A stretch of 64,000 nt of DNA from Callorhinchus milii (lineage: Eukaryota), in NCBI RefSeq assembly GCF_018977255.1, contig NW_024704742.1, positions 43,402,001-43,466,000 of the forward strand. Direction: 5' to 3'. Made by a program: the position numbers and the translations under genes. The notes under the pieces were generated by a model. It did not search any database. It was not told where the DNA came from and saw nothing but the letters and a program-made list of their open reading frames with translations. Below are positions 11,936 to 25,539 of this stretch, one piece after another (the stretch's first letter is position 1; the number at the start of each line of letters is the position of its first letter).

Positions 11936-14900
11936 ATGAGTTCTCTAAACACTAAACTATTCATCATTTAGCAAAATTGTCAATCTCACAACGATGGCTG
12001 GAGTGAGAAATGCGACATTGTGCTAATGCACTGAGCAGTGGTCTTCTGAGATTAAGACGCAAGGCACACCAATGGGGATAGACAAGGAGCTTTATTTTCC
12101 ATCTAACCCTGAACAATGAGTACTCAATATTGATGATGGTTAATTTTGTTTTTGGAGCTTCCCCAACAGTTTGTGGTTAAATGGACTGTTTGGTACTGCA
12201 TTATATAGATCAAGATGCTAGCTGATCTCAGCTGGGTGAAGCTGGGATGCTGTAACAATGCCCCTGAGTTAAGGAGAAGAAAAATCAAGGGGTTTCTGGT
12301 TGTTATGCAGTAAATCCTACTAGAACATGCAGATGAATTGTACCTCAGGAAGTGTGGACAGAATTGGACTTGGTTGTTTTTCTTTTTATGATTGACATGA
12401 AGGATTGCCCTTGTGCTGTGAGATCATATGGAATTCACCTTTGTGTACCCCCGCCTCCCACTTCAGGAATACTTTCCCTCATTTATTCAAAATGGGGGAA
12501 AATATTCAATGTATGCACTTAGCATAAAGCATCCCTTGATAATATACATTACGAACTAATGCCGGATTACTTACAAAGCAAAGAAGCATTTCCCTTCTTC
12601 CTACTCATTGATCACTCTCACTTTTCACCGACATTTCCCTCTCTCTAACGCAGTGTTTGCTGTCCTGATTAGAACTTATTGTCCCTGAATCTAACACCGA
12701 AATTATTCTTCAAGAAGACACACGACTTGAGATCTAACGTATCTAATACATTGATATGCTACTGTGTCACTGGATTTCTTAGGGATGATGAAAATCACCT
12801 TGAACCTTCTGTCTCTGAAGTATTGCGAAAGTTTTCATAGCAAATGATTGAGGCAGGATGGATCGATAGCTTCAGACCACACCTTTGTTTTCCTCTACAA
12901 ATTGCAGGTACCTACTTGATACAGGGAGGAATATCTGGTAATGTATGCTAGGTGGAGGTTTCACTAATATGAGTATATTTTATTTATGCAATTCCTGGTA
13001 TTTCAATTTCTCTCTGGTTCAAACAGTGCCTCTATTTTATTATATAAGAGTGCATGTTTCAAAAAACAAACATTTACTCTCCAAGTTTCCTCAATATTTA
13101 GATAAGAAACTGCAAAAGCTATGTGGAGAATTATTGAATTTATTATGTTCTACTCATAACAGAGTAACTACAAGATCACTCTTTCCAAAGTAAAATTGAA
13201 TGGGCAAAGAAAATATATGCCTCACATATCTCAAATTATTTACATTAAATTGATCACATTTAAAATTGTATTAATTTCCCTACAAAAACAATAACTTGCT
13301 TTTACATTTGCACTCTTCACACAGGGTAGAGTCTTGGAGCATTGAAACTCGGTGTGCAGAATCACTCAAGTATGACTTGCCCATTGTCACACTGTAGGGT
13401 GGCCTATTTAAATAGCATAAAGCAGTGTGCCAGATTATTTCACATTGGTGTTAGAAAGTCAAAATCTTTTGCTATCCATTATTTTAATGTGCCACGTATA
13501 GATATTTATTATACTGAACCATTCATATTTTATTAAAGGATGGAGATTGGCCATTCTTCATGCTTGACTCAAACAACAAGTGTTAGGATGCTGTTTGACT
13601 ATGGAAAGCACCACAGCCAAGCCCCATCCTGTGCTCGCTGGATGTACACACTGGGACTCTTCCTATTGGGATCATTAAGTCATAATTAGGAACTAGAACA
13701 CTGGCTTTATTGCTCCCATTATGAACCAGGAGAATTAAACCCAATTATATTACTTCTGTTACTGCCTGGCTGACAGTAGCTAATGCAGCACATAGCACAT
13801 AACTTGGGTTTGGTACAAGATTGTATGGAGCAAAGAGATTTTAATACAAAGGTTGTTTCTTAAATTCCTTCTAGTTAGTTTGTATTATTTGCAAACATCA
13901 TTTTTTGTGTTTGATTAAATATTTACATGTTGGGAGCAGATAACAGATACTATGAAAGTAATTAACCCTTTGCCAAACAGGACAGGGAGAGAAAACAAGA
14001 AAGGGGTAGGGATTTGGTTCACTTGAATTCTGCAGTTTGCATTCCAAATGAAGAATGACTAGATATACTAGGCCTTGAGTAGAAACATCTCAGAGGTGTT
14101 CTACTCAGAAGTAGAATTATTCTAAATGGTATCTAGAAAATAAACCCAGCATAATAGCTTGATATGTATAGATTCAAGGTGTGCTCGTGAACAAACAGAC
14201 ACCAGGCATCATTTCTTTACACTGAGAGACATAAATAGCTATTGCAATTACAATGGAGCATTGAAGCCAGAATATGGGAGTCAATTAAGAAATAGTTTAA
14301 AGCTTTAATGGAAAGATAGACAATGTACATAGAATAATACAACAGGAAAATGGGCTATTGGGCTCAACTAGTCTGTACTTGGAATGATAGGGTGGGTATT
14401 CGGGAAGGATAAGGTTAAATAGTTCAAATATCCTGTTTCATCCAAACCTCTATTTTGGTATTGGAGTACCTCCTTCAATTCCACAGGAAATCAACAGTTA
14501 GTAGAATGCAGTAAACAAGAATAATTCTGGAGGACTCCTACAACAAAAATAACTGAACTTGTTTTGATTGGGAGTTTGAGAGAGGATAACTTCCAGAAAG
14601 GGGGATTTTCCACATATCAGTAAGCATTTATAATGTGAAAATCCCATTATAAACTGACATAGACAACGGTGATAAATATAACAACCATCAAATAATTAAC
14701 TCTTAGGTTTTGAAAATGCTAAAGGGGTATTGATAACGTAAATGTAAATAACAATTTGAATTGAACTGTGAGCATAGAACACAAAGATAAATGCATATCA
14801 CTGGTCAGGTTATATAAATTAATACATTAAAGAGGGTTCAAAAGGAGCGTCAAGGGTGATTCTGTGATTTTGAGATGTAGATCATGAGAGATGACGTATA

Positions 14901-14989
14901 GTGTTGATCCTTATAAGAGAAAAAATGGTTGAGAGGAAACTGTAATACTGTACAGATTTTTGAAATGTTGTGAATGGCTAGTACAGTAA

Positions 14990-15330
14990 AGTCCTGTAGC
15001 GTATTGGTTAGAGATTCGATTCCCAGACAGGGTAAAACTTTAGGCAAGTTTCTTTACTCTACACACCTCTGTTTATATAGCCGTAAGTAGGAACTGAATT
15101 GTTGACTGGCAGATTACTTTTCCTGAGGTAATAATGCTTTTCAAAAAATGGTCACTCAATGAACGACTATTTGTGGGACACTGCTGTGCACAATTGGCTG
15201 TCGTGTTTCCTCCACAAAATATACAGTCAATTCACTTTACAGTATATTCTGCGAAGCCCTTCGAAACGTCTCAAACACATGATAATGCGCTACATTAAAT
15301 GCAAGAATTATTATTAGTATTATTATTATA
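14990..15330 (+). mobile_element. tRNA-derived SINE
   Basis: Head gtcctgtagcgtattggttagag...ttcgattccc, conserved body, (att)n tail. Confidence 0.85.
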
Positions 15331-16374
15331 GTATAGGTGGAAGTAATTATTGAGCTCAGATTGTGAGCTCAGAAGAGGGCAAAAGCCTGAAGCAAGACAA
15401 GTTTAGAAAAATATAATTTCCTCGTAGAAAAGTGAGCAGATGGAATAAACTCCCAGCAAAAATAATTAATGATGCGTCAATTATTTGTTTAAAAATAACA
15501 TAATAGAGCATCTAAATAGGGTCTCTTGGTATTTATTAAGAATGGTATTAGGGTCTAAAAAATACTCTCCTTTGTTTCACCACTGCATGCCTGCAGCAAA
15601 GGAGCTTTATATTTAAAGAAACGAGACATCATCTTCATGTCAAGATTTCATTGAAGCCACAATCTCATGACTCTACGGACTATCCAGGTGGATGGGGAAG
15701 GGGTCCCTGTAGAAAACGTTGTTTACATTGGAGCTGTTTTTGCCATTAGCTATGCATTGATGTTGCAGATAGACTCACTGGTTATGGGAGGAATGATAAT
15801 AATAATCCATGCATTTTATATAATGTCATTGAGACGTCTCAAAACATTTCACAGAATATATTCAAAAGTGAATTGATTATATTTTGTGGGTGAAACGCAG
15901 CAGCCAATTGTGCATAGCCGCGTCCCACAAGAAGTCATGAATTGAAGTGAACAATTTATTATTATTTTTAAAATGATGATGATCCAAATTAATTTTTCTC
16001 AATCATTACTTAATATTCGATTGTTAATCAAAAGCAGTATTTCAGAAATATATGAAATTAACAAATTCATGGGATCCAAATTGCTGGTTGAATCTAGTGC
16101 ACATTCACTCAAACTTGTGACACGATTTTCACCTTATGCAGTATGATGTTGTCCACATAACAAAAGCAGTTCTAATTCTGCAGCCTGTGTCACTGCACAG
16201 ATTTACATTGCTTGCCACTGAATTAAGTAATGGTAGTAGACTTGGTAACCACAACATGACCTAGGGTTATAACCTCTTTACTCAGCCGTACAGTTGCTTG
16301 GACTGTTTTCAGTGGGCACCTAATGTTTGAGATTGGATAGATGGTTTGCCATACATAGATATGGGGTTAGCAAG

Positions 16375-17014
16375 TTACAGAGATAGGAAGGAGCAAGGCC
16401 ATGGAGGCCCTTGAAGGCAAGGATGGGGATTTTGAACTCTTTCCTCTGGGGAAAGGAGTTGGTATAGTGGAGCCTAGAAGTGATAAATGCGTGGATGAGG
16501 GTTTCGGTGACATGAGGGAAGAGTTAGTGGCGGAACCAGGCGATGTTTTGGTGGTGGGGGAAGGCAGAGCAGGTCATGGCATGAATATGGGTAGAAAGGG
16601 CAGTTGAGGGTCAAACAAGAAGCCAAGGTTCCAGATTGGTTCAGTTAGATGGAAAGTGCATCCATGGGTGGTGATGTTGTGCCTGAGGTATGGAGGCAGC
16701 AACGGGAGCCAATCAAGAGGGCATCAATCTTGTTGACGTTCAATTGCAGAGTTAGCTTTCATCCACCTACATGTGGAAGTTGACTCCATGTCTACAGATG
16801 ATGTCACCAAGAGGGAGCATGTACATGTCGAAGAAGAGAAGGCCAAGGACAGAGCCCTGAGGAACAACGCACAAGATGGAGTGGGGCCTAGAGGAGAAGC
16901 CGTTTGTGAAGACAAAGTGGAGGCGGTGTAAAAAGTAGGATCTAAACCAGTCAAGGATGGAACCATGAAGATTGAGGTGAGAGGAGAGGATAGAGTGGTA
17001 AACAGTGTCAAAGG
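16375..17014 (-). mobile_element. Older degenerate LINE2 RT fragment
   Basis: Minus strand reads gcctttgacactg (AFDT)...gttcctcagggctctgtccttggcc (VPQGSVLG) with frameshifts. Confidence 0.8.
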
Positions 17015-18260
17015 CAACAACAACAACAACAACAACAAGATTCCATTTATAGAGCGCCTTTCACGTCAGGAGGACGTCCCAAGGCGCTGCACAGTTGGGT
17101 CATGACCCGAGCAGGGGGGAAATGGTCAGGGTGAGGGGAGGGAAGGGAGGGAGCGAGGAGGGGGGAAATGGTCAGGGTGAGGGGAGGGAAGGGAGGGAGA
17201 GAGGAGGGGGGAAATGGTCAGGGTGAGGGGAGGGAAGGGAGGGAGCGAGGAGGAGGAAGAGAGTCGAGAGGGGAGCTGAAGGCACGGTCAAAGAGAAAGG
17301 TTTTGAGACCGGCCTTGAAGGAGGAAAGGGAGGAAGCAAGGCGAAGGCACTGGGGGATGGAGTTCCAGAGCCTGGGGGCTGAGAGGCTGAAGGCCCGACC
17401 ACTGATGGTAGGGCGGTTGGGGCGGGGGACGTGGAGCAGACCGGAGCCAGAGGAACGGAGGGTACGGGCAGGTAGGTAGGGGGATAGTAGGTTGGAGAGG
17501 TAGGAGGGAGCAAGGCCGTGAATGGCCTTGTAGGTGAGGATGAGGATCTTGAAATCAATCCTCTGGGGGATGGGGAGCCAGTGGAGGCGAGCGAGGGTGG
17601 GAGTGATGTGGTCCCGAAGCCTGGTGCGGGACAGTACATGAGCTGCAGAGTTCTGAATGACCTGCGGCTTGTGGAGGGAGGTGGCGGGAAGGCCGGCGAG
17701 GAGAGAGTTCCCATAGTCCAGCCTTGAGGTGACAAAGGCGTGAACCAGGGTTTCAGCGGCGTGAGGGGTGAGGTAGTGCCGTAATCTGGCGATATTCCGT
17801 AGGTGATGGAAGGCGGTGCCAGTTGTGGTGCGGATGTGAGGGAGAAAGGACAGCTCAGGGTCGAACAAAACGCCGAGGTTCCTGACTGGCTTTGAGAGGT
17901 GGAGAGTGCAGCCTTGGATGCTGATGGTGTCAGCGCCTGAGGTGCGGAGGCGCTGACGTGAGCCAATCAGGAGGGCCTCGGTTTTTCGCACGTTGAGCTG
18001 AAGAAAGTTGTCTCTCGTCCAGGACTCGATGTCGGACAGGCAGGCTGTCAGGACATCGGTGGTCGTGGAGTTGAGAGTAGAGGAGGAAAGGTAGAGTTGG
18101 GTGTCATCCGCATACATGTGGAAGTTAACCCCATGTTTGCGGATGATGTCACCAAGGGGGAGCATATAGAGGGTGAAGAGGAGGACGAGGAGACAAAGGG
18201 AGCCATAGCCACAGATGGACAAAATGTCGTTGGTGACTTTGACCAGGGCAGCATGAAAAC
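17015..18260 (-). mobile_element. Young 5'-truncated LINE2 with open RT C-terminal frame and intact 3' tail
   Basis: ORF 17218-18264 has [27 protein letters not shown] and [14 protein letters not shown]. 3' stem-loop and (TTG)n tail at 17015-17090. Triplicated ~45-nt unit in the 3' UTR (17114-17250). Confidence 0.95.
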
Positions 18261-18289
18261 TCAATTGGAGGGCTTTCCTCTTTATTTAA

Positions 18290-19458
18290 TCTTCGTGAAC
18301 CTGCTCTTGCCTGGTTCGATTCCTATCTTTCTCACCATCTCACTTTGTTGCCTCTAACGGTTTCTCTTCCAGCCCCCGCACTGTCATGTCTGGTGTCCCC
18401 CAGGGCTCTGTCCTTGGCCCTCTCCTCTTTAATATCGACACATTCCCCCTTGGTGACATCATCCGCAGACATGGGGTCAACTTCCATATGTATGCGGATG
18501 GTACCCATTATCTTTCTGCCTCCACCCTCAACTCCAGGACCACTGCAGTCCTGACAGACTGTCTGTCAGACATTAAGTCCTGGATGAGGGCAAATTTCCT
18601 ACAGTTGAATGTGAACAAGACTGAGGCCCTCCTGCTTGGCTCGCGCCAGCGCCTCAGCACCTCAGGCTCTGGCAGCATCAACCTCCATGGTTGCACACTA
18701 CAACTCACCAAGCCAGTGAGGAACCTAGGTGTCTTGTTCGACCCTCAACTGTCTTTTCTTCCCCACATCCAAGCCATGACCCGCTCTGCCTTCCCTCACC
18801 TCCAGAACATTGCCCGACTCCACCACTACCTCACCCCTCAGGCCCCTGAAACTCTTGTTCATGTCTTCATCACCTCCAGGCTCGACTATGCAAACTCCCT
18901 GCTTGTTGGCCTTCCCAACTCCTCCCTCCACAGGCTGCAGATAATTCAGAACTCTGCAGCCCGTGTCTTCTCCCGCACCAAACTCCGTGACCCCATCTCC
19001 CCCATTCTCGTCCGACTCCATTGGCTCCCTATTCTTCAGAGGATCCAGTTCAAGATCTTGGTCCTTACCTACAAAGCCCTCCATGGTCTCATCCCACCCT
19101 ACCTCTGCGATCTCCTAACCCCCTACCAATCTGCCCGTTCCCTCCGCTCATCCGGCTCCGGCCTGCTCCATGTCCCCCGATTCTCCCGCCCCACCGTTGG
19201 TGGGAGAGCCTTCAGCCACTCTGCTCCCAACCTCTGGAACTCCATTCCCCAATCACTCCATCACCCCCTCCTTAACCTTCTTCAAGTCTCGCCTCAAGAT
19301 CCTCCTCTTTGACCATGCCATTGGTCACCCCCTTCCCCTCCCTTCTCCCCCCCTGACCGCAGCTCGGGTCTGAAATGCTGGATACTGTCCAGCGCCTTGG
19401 GATATCCTCTTGACATGAAAGGCACTATACAAATATAATCTTGTTGTTGTTGTTGTTT
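18290..19458 (+). mobile_element. 5'-truncated LINE2, RT C-terminus and 3' tail
   Basis: ORF 18386-19312 has [18 protein letters not shown] and [10 protein letters not shown]. Tail ...aaggcactatacaaat...ttgttgttg. Confidence 0.95.
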
Positions 19459-19529
19459 GTAGAGAGAGAGGAAGGTATGAAGCTAGGAAGCAATGACTCG
19501 TTCCAGGACCTTGGAAAGGGAGATGTGAG

Positions 19530-19603
19530 ATGGTGCCTTGGGATGTCCTCCCGACGTGAAAGGCGCTCTATAAATGGAATCTTGTTGTTGTTGTTGTTGT
19601 TGT
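19530..19603 (+). mobile_element. Isolated LINE2 3' tail
   Basis: gccttgggatgtcctcccgacgtgaaaggcgctctataaatggaatc(ttg)n. Confidence 0.85.
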
Positions 19604-20554
19604 GCCTAGTTTGTCAGATGCATCTGGTAATAAGGTGAGCTGTTCCCTACCTTTTCCTAAGACAGTTTTGCAATATCCTATAGTGCAGGTTAGATAGTAA
19701 TTCCAGGCAAACTCCAAAACAGGGAGGTTCATCAGTTTCAATTAGTATCCTGGCTTGAGGAAAGATTTGTAGAGAACAAAACATCAATTTAAATCTTTGT
19801 GGACAATATAATAATTTAAGTAATACATCCAATATTACAGGGATATGGAGCCTGGGGAATGGGGAAAGGGCAGGTAAATGCAACTGAAAAGATTGCTTTT
19901 TAAAGAGCAGACACAGACACAATGGGCTCAAATAGGCTTCTTCTATGTTGTAAATTTCTTATGGTTCTATGATTCTATACCCATAGCCAAAGGAAAGGAA
20001 CAAAGTATCAGCTGACTTTCCTTTGCTTGTCAGTGCAGATTTCAATCAATGTACTTAATAATAATAATCCTTGCATTTGATTTAGCGCCTTCTCATGCCA
20101 TTGAGACATCTCAAAGCACGTCAAGGGAAATACTGTAAAGTGGATTGACTGTATTCTCTGGGTGAAACAATCGTTTAATTCATACAATTGTTCAGAAATG
20201 CTAAATATGTAATATAATTTTCACAGAGATATTTGATTTACATAGAGGGACATGTGAGTCTAGTGTTTAAACTTTTAACATTTGTTTGCCATCATCAAAC
20301 AACAGACAAAGCAATTTTTACACAAACACCAGTGGGATGCTCAACCTAATCAATACAGAGCAATCCCTACAATTAAAGGTGTAACAGAAACATTTCATTT
20401 TGTTTTAAAAAGATGGTACTCTTTTGTGGATGTCATTACCGTATCACAATCAACCATTGTTTGCTGCTTGAAGGCAGAATTGGGCATTGTTGTGTTCTTT
20501 TGACCTAACCCAAGAGCCTGCTTGTATTCACTGCCCACAATGACATTTTTACAG

Positions 20555-20912
20555 TATAATAATAATAATAATCCTTGCATTTGATACAGTGCCTTATCAC
20601 ATCTTTGAGACATCTTTACAGAATATACTGTAAAGTGAATTGACTGTATATTTTGTAGGCGAAACGCAGCAGCCAATTGCACACAGCAGTGTCCCAGAAA
20701 TAGTTGTGGATTGAGTGACCAAATTTTTTTAAAAAGGAATTATTACCCGCAGAAAAGCAATCCGCCAATCGATTAACAACCAGGCTCCTGCTTACTGCTC
20801 GGTAAACAGAGTCATGTGACATAAGGAAACTTGCCCAATGTTTCGTCCTGCCCAGGAATCAAACCCAAGTCCCTAGCTTGAGGCGAGCGCTCTAACCACT
20901 GAGCTACAGAGG
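20555..20912 (-). mobile_element. tRNA-derived SINE, near full length
   Basis: Same family. Head reads tgtagctcagtggttagagcgctcgcc...ggtttgattcc on the minus strand. Confidence 0.88.
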
Positions 20913-21751
20913 ATACCCATTGAACTATATAGTACTGTGAATCACTACCATTAGGTGAGGTAATGGAAGAGCATCAGAAGGAAAATTGGAGGACAAAAAG
21001 GTTACTGCTTATTATTTTCTAGGCAGTTCTACCCTAAATGTTGTATTTATTTCTGTTTATAAAAAGGTTCTGTTATTGGTAGATGTCCAAGCCAAAGTGG
21101 TGGTATGGTATAATTCCAACCTTATACCAATGCACATGCAACAAAGTTACACTATGTCAAGCCTTCTTTTCTCAGTGGAACTGAGAAGCTACTGGTGACG
21201 AGAGAAAACTAAAAATGTGAAACCAGAAGCAAGCTTCATATCCAGAAGCTGCAGGAAGAGCTGCCAAACTCTTTACAAGGCAATGCCCTATGGTTTCCAT
21301 TTGCATGAACTTCTATTCAACAAACCATGAAGATTTTTTTTTGATCTAATAGTTGACATTCTGGCTGAGAAAAACAAAGCAATTCAGTATCCTAAAGTGC
21401 ACCACTTTGTCTTGTGTTCCCATTAAATTTTGCTGGACATTATCATGCCAGTCTTTATACATATTTCCTTCAACTTTAATCTATTTTACTTTTGCCCTTT
21501 GGCCGCACTCTTTCACAGTCACACGCTATACTCATAGCTTCAAGATGTTTTGGTGCATGATACTTATAGAAATTAGCACATGCCATCTTCCTGGGTTCAG
21601 TTTCCATAAACTCAAAGGGAGCATCTGTTTCAATAGACAAGGCAAAAGCCACAGAAAATGAGACCACAGATGCTAAGCAATCGGGAAGGCAGATACGATT
21701 CATTCAGACTTGGCTTCAGTTCTGAAATAAAGCTGGGTATGCTAGAAATCT

Positions 21752-21950
21752 GAAATAAAAATAGAAAATTTGAAAGTCCACAGCAGATCAATCAGCAACT
21801 GAAAGAGAAAGAAAGGTTAAAGTTTTAGGTGCGACCCTTCATAAGAACTCCAAGGTTTCCGATGAAGGGTTATGCTTGAAACCTTGACCTATTTTTCTTT
21901 CAAGTGCTGATTGATCTGCTGTGGGTTTCCAGCATTTTCTGGTATTATTT
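21752..21950. repeat. Palindromic non-autonomous repeat
   Basis: Arms ccacagcagatcaatcagca / tgctgattgatctgctgtgg and acccttcat / atgaagggt. Confidence 0.75.
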
Positions 21951-23179
21951 TGGCTTTAGTTCTGCATCATGTCCTTCCCTGTTCTCAAAGCAAAAGTTAC
22001 ATTATTCACTTCTGCTACATATTATATTCATGATTAATCATGGATGAGTTAGGTACATGCAACAGCAATGTGTTTTGAAGCAGGGGAGTAATTACTGAGA
22101 TTATTTTATGTACTCGATAGATTATCTATGTACTGAGTTTTATCAAAGAGAAAACACTAATTATAAAAGCTTTTTTTTTACCTTAATCCATTCAAAAGAA
22201 TAAGAGTTTATTGTTTAATGCAGTTTTGTTGCCTCCCATCAATTTCTCTCGTTAGGAACAAATGGAAGGCAACATATTGCTTTACCGCATCAAACCGAAC
22301 ATGTAGCAGAGTGTTGGCTTCCAGTACAAATGCTCTCTGTCACTCATCTTCATAATTTCCACAAGGAAGCTTTTTCCACACATCTCCTACCTTGCCCAGA
22401 GATGTGTGATTTAAAATAACTATTTCCTAGAAGATAGATGCAGTACTTTTTTTTGAATTATAAAGCTAGGGTAAGGACTATCTATACACTGAAAGCAATT
22501 CCCCGAAGTTTAGCTTTTAAGCACATGCCTTTAAAGGAAATTTTCCAATTAACCTCACTGGACTGACTTTTCAGTGAATGTTCAGTCATTTCAAATTGTA
22601 TGGCAATATTTTGTGTCCAGTTAAAGTAATATTCCAATTTACTATTCAATAGGTATTTCAGCTCCCAGCAATATCGATCAACTTCCTCCACAAAGAGCTA
22701 TAACAACAGTCTCAAACAAGGGAAGATGTTATCATTGGTTATTGGGATAATCAGTGCATGTTGTTTTAAAGAAATAAGTCATAGAAATATATACTATATA
22801 TTGTATATTTAAAAAAGAAAGAATATAATTTTTTGCACAATGATTGAAAATGGAATCATTGTAGGGTTTTATCTTGCAATTGGTTTGCAGTTGTTAGTAT
22901 AACATGGGATGAGGAGTGAGTTTAAAAATAAATCTCCTTAAATCAGGGAAAGAGTAGGGAGTTGGGATTAGAATGGATTGCTTCTTGGAAGAGCAAACAT
23001 CGACCCAGAAAAATGGGATAAAAGGCCTTGCAGCGTGTTCTACATTTTTATAGTTCTAATAGTGACTTAGTCCTATTTATTGAGTTTTTTAAAAAAAACA
23101 TAATGTATGCAGGTTTCTGATTCCCTTGTGTGTAATACATGGGTATCATGACAACTGATATCTTGCAGGGCTAACACCA

Positions 23180-23820
23180 CAGAACAACAACAGCAACAAC
23201 TTGGATTTATAAGGCGGACGCCGGACGGCATCTCAGAGCGCTTTACAGTAATGGATCCCGGGACCGAGCCAGGGGGAGGGGTGGGAAGGTGAACAAAGAC
23301 GCGGTCGAAAAGAAAGGTCTTCAGCAGAGACCTGAAAATGGGAAGGGAGGGAATGAGACGAAGGGAGTGAGGAACAACAACAACAACAAGATTTCATTCA
23401 TAGAGCGCCTTCCACTTCGGGAGGACGTCTCAAGGCGCTGGACAGTTGGGTCAGGACCCGAGCAGGGGGGAAATGATCAGGGTGAGGGGAGGGAAGGGAG
23501 GGAGTGAGGAAGGGGTAGAGAGTCGAGAGGGGAGCTGAAGGCACGATAGGAGAGGTAGGAGGGAGCAAGGCCTTTGAATGGCCTTGTATGTGAGGATGAG
23601 GATCTTGAATTCGAGGAACGCAGTTCCAGAGCCTCGGGGCATAGTGGCTGAAGGCATGGCCGCTGAGGGTGCAGCGGAGGACTCGGGGGACAAGGAGGAG
23701 GTCAGAGCCGGAGGAACAAAGGCAATGGGTACTGTGCTGAGGAGAGAGGAGGTCAGAGAGGTAGTGGGGTGCAGAGGAGTGCAGGGACTTGAATACGAGG
23801 GCGAGGATCTTGAAATCGAA
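23180..23820 (-). mobile_element. Nested LINE2 fragments (one subfamily inserted in another)
   Basis: Outer element matches 57303-58110. Inner element (23376-23612) matches the 17015 type. gaggaac is duplicated at 23369-23375 and 23613-23619. Confidence 0.85.
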
Positions 23821-25539
23821 AATAAAATGTTACTGAATCCAATTCAGCAAATTTTACACTTCACTACAACGGGTCTGAAATTCTACTTAGTCTTAGCTTG
23901 TAAGAGTATTTTTCTAAAAATGTAAGATTGTGCAGATTTGTGGAAAATTGCCACATGGAGTCTTAATTTGGAGGTTGGTTTTCAACAATTCTTAAAAAGA
24001 ACAGTCTTCCAAAATGAAGATTGAATTTAAGAATTTTCCACAATCTCGCATTTTATGATAAAGTGTCCGACAGGCTACGAATAAGCGCATGTTTTAAAGA
24101 AATGAAATTAATTTACCCTTTTTGCTGCAGCAAGATTCTACTTAGCAATAAACAATAATTTCATTCATTTAATGGAAAAACACATTTAAGATAAAATACC
24201 TCAGATTTTACAGGATGTACAACATATGTGCTTTAATTAATAATAATCCTTGAATTTGACAAAGCACCTTGCATATTGGGAGGATGTCTCAAAGCATTTT
24301 GTAGGGTTTAAAAGTAATAAAAACATTGCCTTAAGATATAGCTCCTTTTGGGCCAGGTGGATGTCTTAATGTACATCACAGCTTTACTATGAAGTTTATT
24401 GATTATTTTGTGGGCGAGCAGGTCAGGAAATTCGTGCACCACAGGGTCCAACAAATCAACAAATAGCTCTGAAGTAAATGACCAATTTTACAATTATTGG
24501 CAAGGACACCAAAATAAACTTTTACATCTATTTGAACATGCAAGCTGGACCTCAGCTTAATGCCTCATCCAAAGGACAGCATCTCCAATAATGCAGAGCA
24601 TCCCATTAGCGTCTCAGCCTAGACAATATGAGTTCAAAAGCTTTAAAAAGTTTTAAAAGTGTTCCAGTGAAATATGCAAGATCAGGACTTTCAGCCAATA
24701 ATGATTATACTCAAACACTATTCCCTCCACTAAATGATGAGATTGCCTAGTTATCTCATTGCATTTATTTCATCCGTGTGACAACAGTTAATGACATATC
24801 ACCTTATTACTATGTTTTGCTGGATTTAAATGTAGCTATAATGAGGAAAGAGCTATGACTGCCACGCTCTAACATGACAAAGATTAAGATTCCAGCTCCT
24901 CCCCTCCCCACAAGATCGAGCACCCTGTTTCATACACTGTTTTACATCCCTCACATGAACTCAATAATGAGATAGAAATCAATTATAATACAATACAGCT
25001 TTTGTCATTACTGAGCTGAGTAGTATAAATGGAAATATATATCACAAGTCAATTTTGTTAAAAATATTTTTAAAGCTGACTATAAGAGCTACTACACAAA
25101 GCTTTTATCTAAAAGTGCCAACAGATGTCCTCTCGACTCAAGAAAGGAAAGGTGCAGATTCTCTTATATAAGTTGGAAAGAGATTGGAAAACATCAGTTT
25201 TGCTGGAAAAGAATTCATGTTTATTTATCATGGTATTTTTGCTAAAACATTTAGCCTTGTTCTTAAAAATAATATGGGCGGGGAGGGGAGGCAAGGAAAA
25301 CTTAAATATCTAATATATTTAAAACATTTTGTACCATATACTCAACCTTTGGATGAGGTGTTAAACCAAGGCCCCCACTGCCTGATCAGTTGGATGTTAA
25401 AGATCCCATTAAACTATTCAAACAGAGGAAGATATTTCTCTTGGTTTCTTGGCCAACAATTTTGCAAATAAAATTGGTTATTCACTTCATGACTGTTTGC
25501 GGGACATAATTGTGTGCAAATTGTCTGTCACTGTCGGAT

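Noticed and set aside
17218..19312. Reverse-transcriptase ORFs as functional genes or a retron-like system
   Set aside because: 5'-truncated LINE2 copies with no endonuclease or N-terminal RT; one lacks a core block and the other has YADG in place of YADD.
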